Notes: generated by a model from the letters alone, not told the origin. DNA of 61,460 nucleotides, filler included, from Bdellovibrionota bacterium (GCA_963169515.1; 4 parts of 4 records of this genome joined end to end with filler, not necessarily neighbours in it), one strand, 5' to 3'. Counted from the whole stretch's first letter, positions 1 through 11,087 are shown. Made by a program: numbers and translations.

Positions 1-807
1 AGGCATTGATTTAAGATAAACTGCAATTGCCGTCAAATCTTCATCACTCAAATATTTTAAACTTAAATCAATAACCTCTGCCATTGGGCCTAAGGCGGTT
101 TCGCCTTGTGGGTTTGTTCCTGTCTTAAAAAACGCAACAAAGTCTTCGACCGTCCAATCGCTGACCGCTGCCATCGGATTTGGCGTTATATCAGGCGCTA
201 ACCAGCGGTCGACCATCCCGCCTTCAAAAGCTCTGTCTTGCTTGACACCGCCGAGAATGCTTCTTGGTGTGTGGCAGGCACCGCAATGACCGGAGCCCTC
301 GACTAAATAAGCACCACGATTCCATTGCTCCCCTTTTGTTGCATTTGGTTGAAATTCCCCTTTGTTAAAATACAACTTCCGCCAAACAAAAAGGCCTGGC
401 CGCAAGTTAAACGGAAATCTCAGCTCGTTTACTTTTACTTTATTTCGAAAAGGCTTTAAGGATTTCAGGTATTCAAATAATGCATCCGTATCTTCACGAG
501 TTAATTTTGTAAAAAAATCGTATGGGAACGCGGGATAATAATATTCACCGTCTGGCGATACGCCATCATGAAGAGCCCGGTAAAAATCATCTTTTGTCCA
601 ACGCCCAATCCCCGTTTCATCATCTGGAGTCAGATTCGGCGTATACAATTCCCCGAATGGCGTTTCAATCTTGCGACCGCCAGCGTAGGTCTTTCCACCA
701 GGAATTGTGTGACAGGAAATGCAATCCCCTTGACGAGATATGTATTCCCCACGGGAAACGTCAGCCGGTTGAGTCTGGGCCAATACAAGTGCTATGAGAA
801 AAGTCAC
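1..807 (-). CDS. Multiheme cytochrome c of the gluconate/alcohol dehydrogenase cytochrome-subunit type (3' truncated by window edge)
   Basis: Not in ORF track. Manual translation from GTG 807: MTFLIALVLAQTQPADVSRGEYISRQGDCISCHT...ETPFGELYTPNLTPDDETGIGRW...YPAFPY...GHCGACHTPR...; two CxxCH seen; start overlaps the upstream stop (GTGA). Confidence 0.9.
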   Translation of the reverse strand, partial: MTFLIALVLAQTQPADVSRGEYISRQGDCISCHTIPGGKTYAGGRKIETPFGELYTPNLTPDDETGIGRWTKDDFYRALHDGVSPDGEYYYPAFPYDFFTKLTREDTDALFEYLKSLKPFRNKVKVNELRFPFNLRPGLFVWRKLYFNKGEFQPNATKGEQWNRGAYLVEGSGHCGACHTPRSILGGVKQDRAFEGGMVDRWLAPDITPNPMAAVSDWTVEDFVAFFKTGTNPQGETALGPMAEVIDLSLKYLSDEDLTAIAVYLKSMP

Positions 808-1088
808 TTTTGCTCTCGTTTCGACGAAAAATATTCGGCCAGTTCCGAAATATCTTCGTCCGTAAGGGTCTTCGAGATGGGGGACATCAATGAATCATAC
901 CGTTTGCCCTCCCGGTAGGCTTTCAATGAGTTGATCAAATAACTTTCTTTTTGACCCGCAAGGTTTGGCCACAGAGGGGACGGGCTGATTCCCGTTTGCC
1001 CATGACAAGCAAAACAAACTTCAGCTTTTTTTTCAGCGCTTTGGGCCGCTGCAATGCAGAGATAAAAAATTAGGAATTTCAAAATCAC
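804..1088 (-). CDS. Monoheme cytochrome c553/c4-type
   Basis: Signal peptide, CFACH, PNLAGQ, distal Met (SLMSPI). Confidence 0.92.
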   Translation of the reverse strand: MILKFLIFYLCIAAAQSAEKKAEVCFACHGQTGISPSPLWPNLAGQKESYLINSLKAYREGKRYDSLMSPISKTLTDEDISELAEYFSSKREQK

Positions 1089-1109
1089 CTCCCGTGATTA
1101 TCTACTCTG

Positions 1110-2273
1110 TCAAAATGACGCTCGAATCAATGTCCAAAATGCATCGTCAGCTCCATTTTTTCCCGGCGATTCTGAAGGTGGCGTCGCTTTTGCAATTTCA
1201 AAACGTGAGGACACATAAACATTGGGTCCCCAATAATACCTAAATCCAATTCCGTGACGAACGAAATAGTCCGCTGGGAAATGGCGATCCAAAGTCATCT
1301 GGTCCATTTTATATGTGACAACCCACTTGGAACTGAGATCCCAATCTAGTTGAATAAGGTAACTAAATGCTTTCGAGTCAGCAACGGCTGTCAAATAGGT
1401 TGCGCCAACCATTGACGTAAGATCGCTATTGTTATTGTTTAGGTTTGTAGACTCTGTAAATTCGGCAGAAAGTACCAACGGCACCTTGATCCATCGATTC
1501 AACGCAAAGATAAGATAAGCCGAGTCAGCCCACCCCTGCTTTCCAATCGCACGATTTGCATAGTATACGCTCGTGCCGAATACAATGGGCATTTTGTTCG
1601 TTGGCGACGTCCATCGAAAATTCAAAATACTACCCCACTTACCAGATTTTTCGTTCGCTAACATATCTGGGCTTGGCCCGCTTTCGCCGTTGATAACCAC
1701 AAGATCGTAATGAAGCGGTTCAAATGGATCCCCAGAAAAGCCAAGACCCACAACAAAATCATTCCAAGATGTTTGCGAAATCATGCGCGTGTATGTGCGA
1801 TGTTCATCTGTTCGAAATCCAAACGGTGGTTGCAAACGCCCGACTTGGATAAAATTAACAATATGGTCTTTTAATGGATTGCTTGTCTGAAACTGAAGAT
1901 ACGTATCTCGGCTTGAGGCAAATCCTGTGAAACTGTGGTTAGCCACAAGTTTCAACTCAGAATTTTTTGAAGGGGTACTCAATGGGACCTGCCCACCCAC
2001 CACCGCTTCCATTATTCCAGATCCATCGCGATTTATTTTTGGATGTTGCGCCTTAAAATAAAGAAAGCGCCAGTCGGCATAGAGTTTGTCTGTCTCTGTT
2101 GGAGCTGCACGATCGTATCCCCGTGCCCCGTAATATTTTCCGTTGAGATTGGGTAGCCCACCACCATAAGGACTTATGTGGCAGGCTGTACATTGTGTAA
2201 TCCGATGTTTGGCCGCATACACGGGAAGGGCATGGGACTTTTGAACCAGTAGCGCTATTACTATATAAAGCAT
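1110..2273 (-). CDS. Outer-membrane beta-barrel with N-terminal CxxCH (Cyc2-like cytochrome-porin fusion)
   Basis: Signal peptide, then ALPVYAAKHRITQCTACH...LNGKYYGARGY; alternating beta-strand pattern; porin-like QVGRLQPPFG; C-terminal Phe. Confidence 0.7.
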   Translation of the reverse strand: MLYIVIALLVQKSHALPVYAAKHRITQCTACHISPYGGGLPNLNGKYYGARGYDRAAPTETDKLYADWRFLYFKAQHPKINRDGSGIMEAVVGGQVPLSTPSKNSELKLVANHSFTGFASSRDTYLQFQTSNPLKDHIVNFIQVGRLQPPFGFRTDEHRTYTRMISQTSWNDFVVGLGFSGDPFEPLHYDLVVINGESGPSPDMLANEKSGKWGSILNFRWTSPTNKMPIVFGTSVYYANRAIGKQGWADSAYLIFALNRWIKVPLVLSAEFTESTNLNNNNSDLTSMVGATYLTAVADSKAFSYLIQLDWDLSSKWVVTYKMDQMTLDRHFPADYFVRHGIGFRYYWGPNVYVSSRFEIAKATPPSESPGKNGADDAFWTLIRASF

Positions 2274-2371
2274 ACGAAGGGATCATAAAATGTCCGCCAA
2301 CAGATCTGCTTTACGAAATATTCTAATTTTCGCGAATTCGATATAGTAACAAAGGACATTACTATAAGCGT

Positions 2372-3289
2372 ATGAAACTAAGGTTTTTAATGCTCACAGC
2401 TGTCATACTTGCAGGGTGTGCGCCGGAGGGGCCGCACAAACCAACCCTTGATGGCGGTTTGCCGGCTGAAGGCCCTGGAATGACATATGATATTATCAGA
2501 CCCGTCTTCCAAAAAAACTGTACGCCTTGTCACACGTTTGATTATAGCTACAGTTCCATTGCTCCCCTGGCAAAGGATGGCAAAAATAGCTTGGTTTACA
2601 AATACATCATCGATAAAAAGCCACGAGAAATGCCGCCGCCTGACTCACAACAATCGCGTGAAATGTCAAACAAGGACCGAGAACTGATAGCAAATTGGGT
2701 TTTGGGCGGAGCACGCGGACCTAATTCCAACCCGAGAACGACCGAAGTTATTCCGGTTGTCCAACCATTAATTCCAAAAAACTCTACAGAATGTTTCAAA
2801 TGTCACGGCGGCGGGGGGCGTAGTACCATTAGCATCATCCCAAGCCTCGCAGGTCTGCCGAAAGAATACATCATTCAGCAACTTATGCATTTCCGAGAGG
2901 GAACTAGAACAGACATTACGCTTGATCGGATGAATGAAATTGCCACAGGGTTAACCACCGACGAAATTGAAAAGTATGCAAGCTATTACAGTTCCATTGC
3001 GCGAACAAAAAAAGGAGTCACATTGCAGCCCCTTACTGATGAAAAAACTGCGTATGCGCAAATCATAATGCGAGCTGAAAGTTGCAACAGCTGCCACGAT
3101 CCAAACTCTGGGATATCAGCCCCACAAATTATCAATCAAAACGAAGGCTATCTCAGAACTCAATTGGTTGCATTTCGAACAGGCCATCGGCCTTCACCCA
3201 CGACAATGGAACCTATCGCCAAAGGCCTAACACCGGATGAAATAAATATTTTAGCTATTTGGCTTTCACAAGGCGCTCCAAAGCCGTAA
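2372..3289 (+). CDS. Triheme cytochrome c lipoprotein (N-terminal monoheme domain plus c4-like diheme)
   Basis: Lipobox LAGC; CTPCH, CFKCH, CNSCH; PSLAG and PQIINQ c4-like motifs. Confidence 0.88.
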   Translation: MKLRFLMLTAVILAGCAPEGPHKPTLDGGLPAEGPGMTYDIIRPVFQKNCTPCHTFDYSYSSIAPLAKDGKNSLVYKYIIDKKPREMPPPDSQQSREMSNKDRELIANWVLGGARGPNSNPRTTEVIPVVQPLIPKNSTECFKCHGGGGRSTISIIPSLAGLPKEYIIQQLMHFREGTRTDITLDRMNEIATGLTTDEIEKYASYYSSIARTKKGVTLQPLTDEKTAYAQIIMRAESCNSCHDPNSGISAPQIINQNEGYLRTQLVAFRTGHRPSPTTMEPIAKGLTPDEINILAIWLSQGAPKP

Positions 3290-3292
3290 AAA

Positions 3293-6200
3293 CTAAGCGT
3301 TGGCAACCACACTCTGAGCTTCGTCAAGGCTTACGGAAACCATTTTTGATACGCCCTTTTCCTGCATTGTTACGCCATAAAGCTTATCGTTGATTTCCAT
3401 AGTATGTTTATTATGGGTCACGACGATAATTTGTGAGCGCTTTGCCATTTCTTTAACAAGATCATTAAAGCGAAATACGTTTGCATCATCAAGAGGTGCA
3501 TCGACCTCATCCAGCAAACAGTACGGGGATGGCTTAACGAGGAAGATCGAGAAAATCAATGCAACCGACGTTAGAGCCTTTTCACCACCCGACATTAAGG
3601 AAATATTCTGTAATTTCTTGCCCGGTGGCTTGGCCACGATATCAATTCCCATCTCATCATCGCCCTCATGAATGACACCCACAAGTTCCGCCTGTCCCCC
3701 ACCGAACAACACCGGAAACACTTTTTGAAAACGTTCGTTCACGGCATCGAAAGTTTCTTTGAAGCGTCTATTACAAATACGATTAATACGATCGATCACT
3801 TTGCGTAGTGATTCTTTTGCCTCGATCAAATCGGCTTCCTGTTTTGTCAGGAATTCATAACGCTCATTGATCTCTCCATATTCTTGAATTGCGGCAAGAT
3901 TGACCTCACCCATTTTTTTCAATTTATCACGCAGATCTTCAAGCTCTGCATCCACAGTAGATGCTTCATACTGACGATCTAAATATTTTGGAGCAACTTC
4001 GGCAATCAACAACACATATTTTTCGCGAACGTGATCTTGAATATATTGGACCTTCATTTTCAGCTGTTCCGCCCTCAGATGAAGATCATTCATTGTCATT
4101 TGCTTTTCATTTGCTTCTCGCTGTAGGGATGAAGCGCTTTCGCGACGTTTATATATCTCGTTTGATTCTCGATGATATTGATCCCGCATCTGGGATAATT
4201 CGAGTCGCAATGCTTCGCTGGAGTTAATCAAGCGATTCAACGCGATCATCTCTTGTTCCATACGAATCTGATGTTCATTCATCGTTGAGGTGTTCCGATT
4301 AGAATCTTCCTTCAATCGATTCAATTGAGAGTTAATATCACTCAAAGAGTTTTGAAGCATTTCATATTGGCCCCGAACACCGTCTATAGATTGATTTTTT
4401 GCAGCCCAATCTACTTTCGCTTGTGTTGCCACTTCCCGCATCGGGCCCACATTGGTGTTTGCGTTTGCGTATTCTTCATCAAGAGCTGTGGTTTTTGCTT
4501 CAAGCTCTGTTTTGCGACTTTTAAAGCTCTCAAGTCTCGAGTTTTCGTTTGTCAGACTCTCTTGGACCTTATTGTATTGCGTTTCAACGTCACGAAATTC
4601 GTTGTTCTGTCGTCCCAATGAATCATTCACATTGCGAACCTCGATCTCTGCCCGCTCCAGATCTTTCTTCACTTCGGTCAAACGAATTTCTTTTTCTACT
4701 CGCAATTTATGAGCGTTTTCTAAATCTATTTGAATGCGTTCGAATTGTTCTTCGATTTTCTTTAAAGAGGCCTGAGAGAGGGCCAGCTTCCCCGCCATTT
4801 CATCTTTGCGCTGAGACAATTCTTTAATTTCACGTCGGCGCTTCAATACTCCGCTCTCTAACCCCTCACTCGCCCCACCTGTAAGAACTCCATCAGCTGA
4901 AAGCATATCACCATCAACTGTTACAAAATTCCAACCTGGATATATTGGGCGTAAGCGTAATGCAACACGGATACTATCGACAACGACAATGTCCCCGATC
5001 AACATTGCCACTGTGGATCTAAACCGATCAGGAGAATGAACTACGTTTTTGAGTAACGCGCGAACCCCTTCTTCTGAAGATGGAGCACGTTCAAGCGCAG
5101 GTTGTGACAATACCGCTTGAGATATAAAACCTGATCGGCCAGCCCTATTTTCCTTTAAATAACCAAGAGCATTTAAAGACTCTTCATTGCTCTCACTCAA
5201 TAACAGCTGCAGTTTTGGCCCGAGAGCCGCTTCCATTGCTACTTCGTATTCGCTTGGAACTTCGATTGCTTCTGCGACTGGCATCATCTCCGACACTTGG
5301 CCATCAGGGTGCATTTGCTTTTGGGATTTCTTCCAAAGCATGACACTTTTAACGCCTGCTTCAAACCCTTCAAAATTCATCTGAAGATCTTCTAGTCCAT
5401 ACAGACGACTTGAAACTTGGTTTAATTCATCTTTGAACATTTCAACTTCTTGACGTTTTTGGGTCACCTGTTGTTGCAAGTTTGCCTTGTTGTCTTCAAA
5501 GTTCTTCACATCATTCATGATTCCGAGTTGCATTTGGCGCTCACGCTCTAAATCATTAAATGCATTTTTCAAATTTTTCTCAAATTCATCTTTTTTGAGT
5601 CCCAAATCTGATATTATTTTTTCAATTTCGGACTTCCGCGTGCCCACATCTTGCAATCGAGCTGTAAATGTTACGATGTTCGCCTCTACTTGCGTTTTCG
5701 CTTGGGTGACCGTGATCAACTCGCGTCGAGTGGCTGTAACCTCTTCACCGATTGTTTCCAATCGCTTCAACGTGTCCTGATACTGGGCTTCTTTGATTTG
5801 ATAGGTACGCTCAAGCTCTGCAACGGCCTGGTCTAAGCCGGCAAGGTCCAATCCTACCTTGTCAAATTGCTCCACAAGAACTATTTGTTTTGCACTCAAT
5901 TCTTGACCAAGATTTCCTTGGGCTTGGGCATTTCGTTGAGCCTGTTCTACTTCAAAACCCAGACGTTGAATCTCGGTTTCCTTTTGCTTAACCTGCCCCT
6001 GTAACTCCTCATGGGCCAGTTGTTTTGCTTCAACCTGTTTTTCTTTTTCGAGCAACCTTAATTGAACCGATTCCATTTCGGTCTCAAAACTTGCCAATGT
6101 TGCCTTGGCCGCAGAATATTCGTCAGATAGCTGAATATGTTGCTTTTGCATTCCTTCAAGCTCGGTGTTCATTTTTGTGTATTGATGAGAATTCACCAAA

Positions 6201-6889
6201 AGATCCAGATCTTCCATTTTATCTTTTAATTCTTTGTAGCGTTCTGCTTTTTTTGCCTGTCTTTGTAAGCTATCAATTTGGCGCTTCAGCTCTAAAATAA
6301 TATCTTTTAAACGAAGCAGGTTCTGGTCTGTCGAAACCAGCTTACGCTGGGACTCTTTTTTACGAACTTTGAATTTTGTAATACCTGCAGCTTCTTCGAT
6401 CAAAACGCGACGATCAATTGGCTTTGCCGTGATAATTTTTCCGATTGCGCCTTGCTCGATAATTGAAAAACCTTTTGAACCCGCGCCCGTATCCATAAAC
6501 ACTTCTTGAATGTCTTTTAGACGTGCCTGTTCCTTATTGAGCAAGTACTCGGATTCGCCCGACCGATGTAAACGTCGGGTCACCATGATTTCAGATAAAT
6601 TTGAATATTTGGTTGGAAACAATCCGCCGGTATTTTCTAAAGTCATTGAAACTTCAGCAAAGCCACTTGGTGCGTAGCCCTCTGACCCTCCAAAGATTAC
6701 GTCTTCCATGCTCGAACCGCGCAGGTGCTTTGCAGATTGTTCGCCCATTACCCACAAGATTGCATCCACAATATTGGACTTACCGCACCCATTCGGTCCG
6801 ACGATTCCAGTTACACCGGCGTCAAATAAAATGACGGTTCTGTCTTTAAAGGATTTGAACCCGACAAGTTCAATTTTTTTAATTCTCAA
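3293..6889 (-). CDS. smc: Chromosome segregation protein SMC
   Basis: GFKSF, Walker A GPNGCGKSN, coiled coils with hinge, signature SGGEK, LLDEVDAPLD. Confidence 0.98.
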   Translation of the reverse strand: MRIKKIELVGFKSFKDRTVILFDAGVTGIVGPNGCGKSNIVDAILWVMGEQSAKHLRGSSMEDVIFGGSEGYAPSGFAEVSMTLENTGGLFPTKYSNLSEIMVTRRLHRSGESEYLLNKEQARLKDIQEVFMDTGAGSKGFSIIEQGAIGKIITAKPIDRRVLIEEAAGITKFKVRKKESQRKLVSTDQNLLRLKDIILELKRQIDSLQRQAKKAERYKELKDKMEDLDLLVNSHQYTKMNTELEGMQKQHIQLSDEYSAAKATLASFETEMESVQLRLLEKEKQVEAKQLAHEELQGQVKQKETEIQRLGFEVEQAQRNAQAQGNLGQELSAKQIVLVEQFDKVGLDLAGLDQAVAELERTYQIKEAQYQDTLKRLETIGEEVTATRRELITVTQAKTQVEANIVTFTARLQDVGTRKSEIEKIISDLGLKKDEFEKNLKNAFNDLERERQMQLGIMNDVKNFEDNKANLQQQVTQKRQEVEMFKDELNQVSSRLYGLEDLQMNFEGFEAGVKSVMLWKKSQKQMHPDGQVSEMMPVAEAIEVPSEYEVAMEAALGPKLQLLLSESNEESLNALGYLKENRAGRSGFISQAVLSQPALERAPSSEEGVRALLKNVVHSPDRFRSTVAMLIGDIVVVDSIRVALRLRPIYPGWNFVTVDGDMLSADGVLTGGASEGLESGVLKRRREIKELSQRKDEMAGKLALSQASLKKIEEQFERIQIDLENAHKLRVEKEIRLTEVKKDLERAEIEVRNVNDSLGRQNNEFRDVETQYNKVQESLTNENSRLESFKSRKTELEAKTTALDEEYANANTNVGPMREVATQAKVDWAAKNQSIDGVRGQYEMLQNSLSDINSQLNRLKEDSNRNTSTMNEHQIRMEQEMIALNRLINSSEALRLELSQMRDQYHRESNEIYKRRESASSLQREANEKQMTMNDLHLRAEQLKMKVQYIQDHVREKYVLLIAEVAPKYLDRQYEASTVDAELEDLRDKLKKMGEVNLAAIQEYGEINERYEFLTKQEADLIEAKESLRKVIDRINRICNRRFKETFDAVNERFQKVFPVLFGGGQAELVGVIHEGDDEMGIDIVAKPPGKKLQNISLMSGGEKALTSVALIFSIFLVKPSPYCLLDEVDAPLDDANVFRFNDLVKEMAKRSQIIVVTHNKHTMEINDKLYGVTMQEKGVSKMVSVSLDEAQSVVANA

Positions 6890-9564
6890 TGCCGCACCCC
6901 TTGTTTGCCTTTAATAGCCGCCTGTGCTGCAGCTAAACGAGCAATCGGAACACGGTATGGGGAACAACTGACGTAATCCAATCCTGCCGAATGGAAAAAC
7001 TCAATACTCGCGGGATCCCCCCCGTGCTCTCCACAAATTCCAACTTTTAATTTTTGATTGGTTTTGCGCCCCAATTCAACACCTAATTTAACTAATTTCC
7101 CAACACCGCCTTGATCAATGCTAACGAATGGATCTTTCTCGAAAATTCCGTGATTCACGTAAGCCCCTAAAAACCGTCCGGCATCATCGCGAGAAATGCC
7201 AATTGTGGTCTGAGTAAGATCATTCGTGCCAAAACTAAAAAAATCTGCTTCGTGGGCGATTTCATCCGCGGTCACGGCAGCTCGGGGAAGCTCAATCATG
7301 GTTCCCACCAGATAATCAAACTTCACATTCTTCTCTTTTTGAACTTGACGCACGGTATCTTCGGTTAATTTTCTTAATACCGCCAATTCTTTTTGAGTTG
7401 CTACGAGCGGGATCATAATTTCTGGAACCAAAGTATCGCCTTCGGCCACCAATTGGGCCGCGGCCTCTGCAATTGCACGAGATTGCATTTCGTAAATTTC
7501 AGGAAATGTGATCGCTAAACGGCAACCCCGATGGCCCAGCATAGGGTTTGACTCGGCCAAATTGCGTACACGTGTGCGGACTTTATCCGGCTCCATGTGG
7601 ATACGATCCGCAAGCGCTTGGATTTCTACTTCAGAGTGTGGGACAAATTCATGCAAAGGTGGATCCAACAGTCGAATTGTAACGGGATAACCCTTCATCG
7701 CCTTAAAGATCTCGTAAAAATCTTTTCGCTGCATAGGAAGCAGTTCTTTGAGGGCTGTTTTTCTTTCGGTCGAGCTTTCCGACATGATCATTCTTCGAAC
7801 CACGTCGATGCGGTCCGGATCAAAAAACATATGTTCTGTTCGACACAATCCAATTCCTTCAGCCCCATATTCGCGTGCCTTTTTTGCATCAGCTGGCGTA
7901 TCGGCATTCGTACGAACTCCTAGGTGCCTTCGTTCATCGGCTAATTTCATGATTCGTTTAAAATTTTCATCCAAAGACGCGTCTAATGTTTGCACCGTTC
8001 CTTCAAAAACTTCACCCGTCCCGCCATCCAACGTGACAACGTCGCCCTTTTTAAATACGCGACCGTTAACAGTCATTTGGTCTTTGTTATAATCGACATC
8101 AATATCGCCACAACCTGCGACACAGGATTTACCCATTCCACGCGCCACAACTGCCGCATGCGAGGTCATACCACCTCGCGTGGTTAGGATACCTTCCGCA
8201 GCAACCATTCCGTGAATGTCTTCAGGAGATGTCTCGATTCGAACAAGGATACATTTTGTAGCATTTTTTTTGTATTCTTCTGCTTCTTCGCTTGTAAATA
8301 CGATTGCGCCCGATGCGGCTCCGGGGCTTGCAGGCAGACCTTTGCATAAAAGTTTTTTGTTCGCTTTTGGGTCTAAGGTCGGATGAAGAAGCTGATCCAA
8401 AGTTGCCGGTGGAATCCGCAACAAAGCTTCTTCTACTCCGATTGCTTTTTTATCCAACATTTCGCAGGCGATACGAAGCGCAGCTTTTGCCGTTCGCTTG
8501 CCTGTGCGGGTTTGAAGCATCCATAATCGACCTTTTTCAATTGTGAACTCGATGTCCTGCATATCTTTGTAATGCTCTTCTAGTTTCTTTTGGATTTCCA
8601 TCAGTTGTTTGAAAGAAACCGGCATAACTTTTTCAAGGTTCACAATTTCTTGGGGGGTTCGAATTCCGGCAACTACGTCCTCGCCTTGAGCATTTACTAA
8701 AAATTCGCCGTAAAATTTATTTTCCCCGGTTGATGGATTTCGCGTAAACGCAACGCCTGTTGCAGAATCGTCACCCATATTTCCAAACACCATGGATTGA
8801 ACATTCACAGCTGTTCCCCATGCCTCTGGTATATCGTTCAACTGACGATAGGTTTTTGCACGCGGGGTGTTCCAGCTTAAAAATACGGCGCTGATTGCAC
8901 CCCACAGTTGCTCGAAAGGATCTTCTGGAAATTTTTTTCCGGTAGAATTCAAAACTTGCTTTTTAAATTCTTGCACAAGTTTTTGCAGGTCTTCATCTGT
9001 AAATTCGGTGTCGTTTTTGTAACCCTTTTCATCTTTCAAATCTTCAAGAGCCACTTCAAGTAATGAACCATTCATACCCATAACCACATTGGAATACATC
9101 TGGATAAATCGTCGGTACGAATCCCATGCAAATCGAGGATTTCTGGATACCTTCTCGAGTCCAACAACTGTCTGTTCGTTTAAACCGAGATTTAAAATCG
9201 TATCCATCATGCCTGGCATCGAGGCCCGGGCTCCGGAGCGAACAGAAACCAATAATGGGTTGACCGCGTTGCCAAATTTCTTGTCCATGATTTTTTCAAC
9301 CTCTGCCAAGGCCTTCAAGGTATGTTCCCGAACAGATTCTGGTAATTTTTGATTGTTTTCGTAGAACTCAGAGCAAACCTCTGTAGAAATTGTAAACCCA
9401 GGGGGAACTGGAATTCCCAACGATGACATTTCTGCGAGGTTTGCCCCCTTCCCACCGAGGACGCCCTTCATAGTCGCATTCCCATCAGCCTTTCCATCGC
9501 CAAAAAGATATACGACCTTTTGGCCTTTGGTTTTAGTCTTACTTGGGTTGGTTTGCATATCCAT
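6886..9564 (-). CDS. ppdK: Pyruvate, phosphate dikinase
   Basis: GGKGANLAEM, GGMTSHAAVVARG phospho-His motif, FSFGTNDLTQ, GICGEHGG; ATG 9564 follows a GGAGG RBS. Confidence 0.98.
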   Translation of the reverse strand: MDMQTNPSKTKTKGQKVVYLFGDGKADGNATMKGVLGGKGANLAEMSSLGIPVPPGFTISTEVCSEFYENNQKLPESVREHTLKALAEVEKIMDKKFGNAVNPLLVSVRSGARASMPGMMDTILNLGLNEQTVVGLEKVSRNPRFAWDSYRRFIQMYSNVVMGMNGSLLEVALEDLKDEKGYKNDTEFTDEDLQKLVQEFKKQVLNSTGKKFPEDPFEQLWGAISAVFLSWNTPRAKTYRQLNDIPEAWGTAVNVQSMVFGNMGDDSATGVAFTRNPSTGENKFYGEFLVNAQGEDVVAGIRTPQEIVNLEKVMPVSFKQLMEIQKKLEEHYKDMQDIEFTIEKGRLWMLQTRTGKRTAKAALRIACEMLDKKAIGVEEALLRIPPATLDQLLHPTLDPKANKKLLCKGLPASPGAASGAIVFTSEEAEEYKKNATKCILVRIETSPEDIHGMVAAEGILTTRGGMTSHAAVVARGMGKSCVAGCGDIDVDYNKDQMTVNGRVFKKGDVVTLDGGTGEVFEGTVQTLDASLDENFKRIMKLADERRHLGVRTNADTPADAKKAREYGAEGIGLCRTEHMFFDPDRIDVVRRMIMSESSTERKTALKELLPMQRKDFYEIFKAMKGYPVTIRLLDPPLHEFVPHSEVEIQALADRIHMEPDKVRTRVRNLAESNPMLGHRGCRLAITFPEIYEMQSRAIAEAAAQLVAEGDTLVPEIMIPLVATQKELAVLRKLTEDTVRQVQKEKNVKFDYLVGTMIELPRAAVTADEIAHEADFFSFGTNDLTQTTIGISRDDAGRFLGAYVNHGIFEKDPFVSIDQGGVGKLVKLGVELGRKTNQKLKVGICGEHGGDPASIEFFHSAGLDYVSCSPYRVPIARLAAAQAAIKGKQGVRH

Positions 9565-9604
9565 GCTCTCCTCCAGTTTCGCCAAAGGCGAACCAATAAA
9601 TCAT

Positions 9605-10960
9605 TCAAAAATTATCGAGTTTATCTTGGGTATATTTAGTTAAATGATCGATTCCAATACGGTCTTGTTTCATTGTGTCCCTATGGCGAACCGTGACCTT
9701 TTGATCTGTCAGCGAGTCAAAATCCACAGTCACGCATAATGGCGTTCCAATTTCATCTTGGCGGCGGTAGCGCTTACCGATACTTCCCGATTCATCGTAA
9801 TCCATTTTAATTTTCTTTGCTGCCGCTGTTTTTAAAATCTGATGACAAACTTCTTGAAGTTCTGGCTTTTTCGAAAGCGGCATGACGGCCGCTTTGACTG
9901 GCGCAAGCGCTGGATGGAAGCCCAACACTACACGAGTTTCGATTTTGTCGCCGCCGTCTTCGCTTCTCACTTCTTCTTCACGGTAACTATCACACATAGC
10001 TGCCAGTAACATTCGATCACAACCCGAAGATGTTTCAATCACGTAGGGGACATATTTTTCTTTTGCCGCTTCGTCGAAGTATTCCAGATTTTTCCCCGAA
10101 AACTTTTGATGTTGGGTCAAATCGAAATCAGAACGGTTATGTATACCCTCTAACTCCTGCCAACCAATCGGAAAATTGTATTGAATATCAAATGCTGCTT
10201 TTGCATAGTGTGCAAGCTCACCATCCTTATGCTGATGAAATCGCAAGTTTTCTTTGTTGAATCCGTATTGCGCATAAAAATCGATGCGTTCTTTTTTCCA
10301 ATATTCGAACCAGTCCATATCGGTTCCGGGCTTTACAAAGAACTGCATTTCCATCTGTTCAAATTCGCGCGTTCTAAAGGTAAAATTCGCGGGTGTAATT
10401 TCATTCCGGAATGCTTTGCCAATTTGGGCAATGCCAAATGGAACTTTTTTCCGCGATGTCGTTTGTACATTTGGAAAGTTGACGTAAATACCCTGCGCAG
10501 TTTCCGGCCGCAAATAGACAACAGAGGCCGTGTCTTCGGCCGCCCCCATAAATGTTTTGAACATCAAATTGAACAGGCGTGGTTCGGACATTTTTCCAGA
10601 AACACCGCACGTCGGACATTTGCTGGGATCTTTTAGCTGGTCCGCACGAAATCGCGAGCGGCAGTTTCCGCAATCAACGAGTGGATCAGTAAACCCATCG
10701 ATGTGGCCTGAGGCTTTCCAAACAAGGGGAGCCATGAGAATCGCGGCATCCAAACCCACTATATCGGGCCGCAAAGTCATGGCATCCCACCATATTTTTT
10801 TCACATTTAATTTTAATTCGGTTCCAAGCGGTCCATAGTCATAGCACGCGTTGATCCCGCCGTAAATTTCGCTCGATTGAAAAATGAATCCCCGCCGTTT
10901 ACACAAGGATACTAATGTCTGCAGATCTTTTAGACCCTTCAATTTCAAGCACAACTCCAA
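9605..10960 (-). CDS. glyQS: Glycine--tRNA ligase (homodimeric type)
   Basis: [20 protein letters not shown], anticodon domain [15 protein letters not shown]; true start may be a few codons downstream. Confidence 0.97.
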   Translation of the reverse strand: MELCLKLKGLKDLQTLVSLCKRRGFIFQSSEIYGGINACYDYGPLGTELKLNVKKIWWDAMTLRPDIVGLDAAILMAPLVWKASGHIDGFTDPLVDCGNCRSRFRADQLKDPSKCPTCGVSGKMSEPRLFNLMFKTFMGAAEDTASVVYLRPETAQGIYVNFPNVQTTSRKKVPFGIAQIGKAFRNEITPANFTFRTREFEQMEMQFFVKPGTDMDWFEYWKKERIDFYAQYGFNKENLRFHQHKDGELAHYAKAAFDIQYNFPIGWQELEGIHNRSDFDLTQHQKFSGKNLEYFDEAAKEKYVPYVIETSSGCDRMLLAAMCDSYREEEVRSEDGGDKIETRVVLGFHPALAPVKAAVMPLSKKPELQEVCHQILKTAAAKKIKMDYDESGSIGKRYRRQDEIGTPLCVTVDFDSLTDQKVTVRHRDTMKQDRIGIDHLTKYTQDKLDNF

Positions 10961-11087
10961 TACTAATTGACGCAGTCAATTAGTCGTAACGTGAGGCTAT
11001 TTTTGAGTCAATAAATCAGTAGTGGAAACAAAGTTTTTCCTTGAGATATCGCGCAGAACCAAAACATAATTGTAGGGTAAAGTAAGA

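Noticed and set aside
522..918. Plus-strand ORFs 522-797 and 568-918
   Set aside because: Shadows of the minus-strand cytochrome genes
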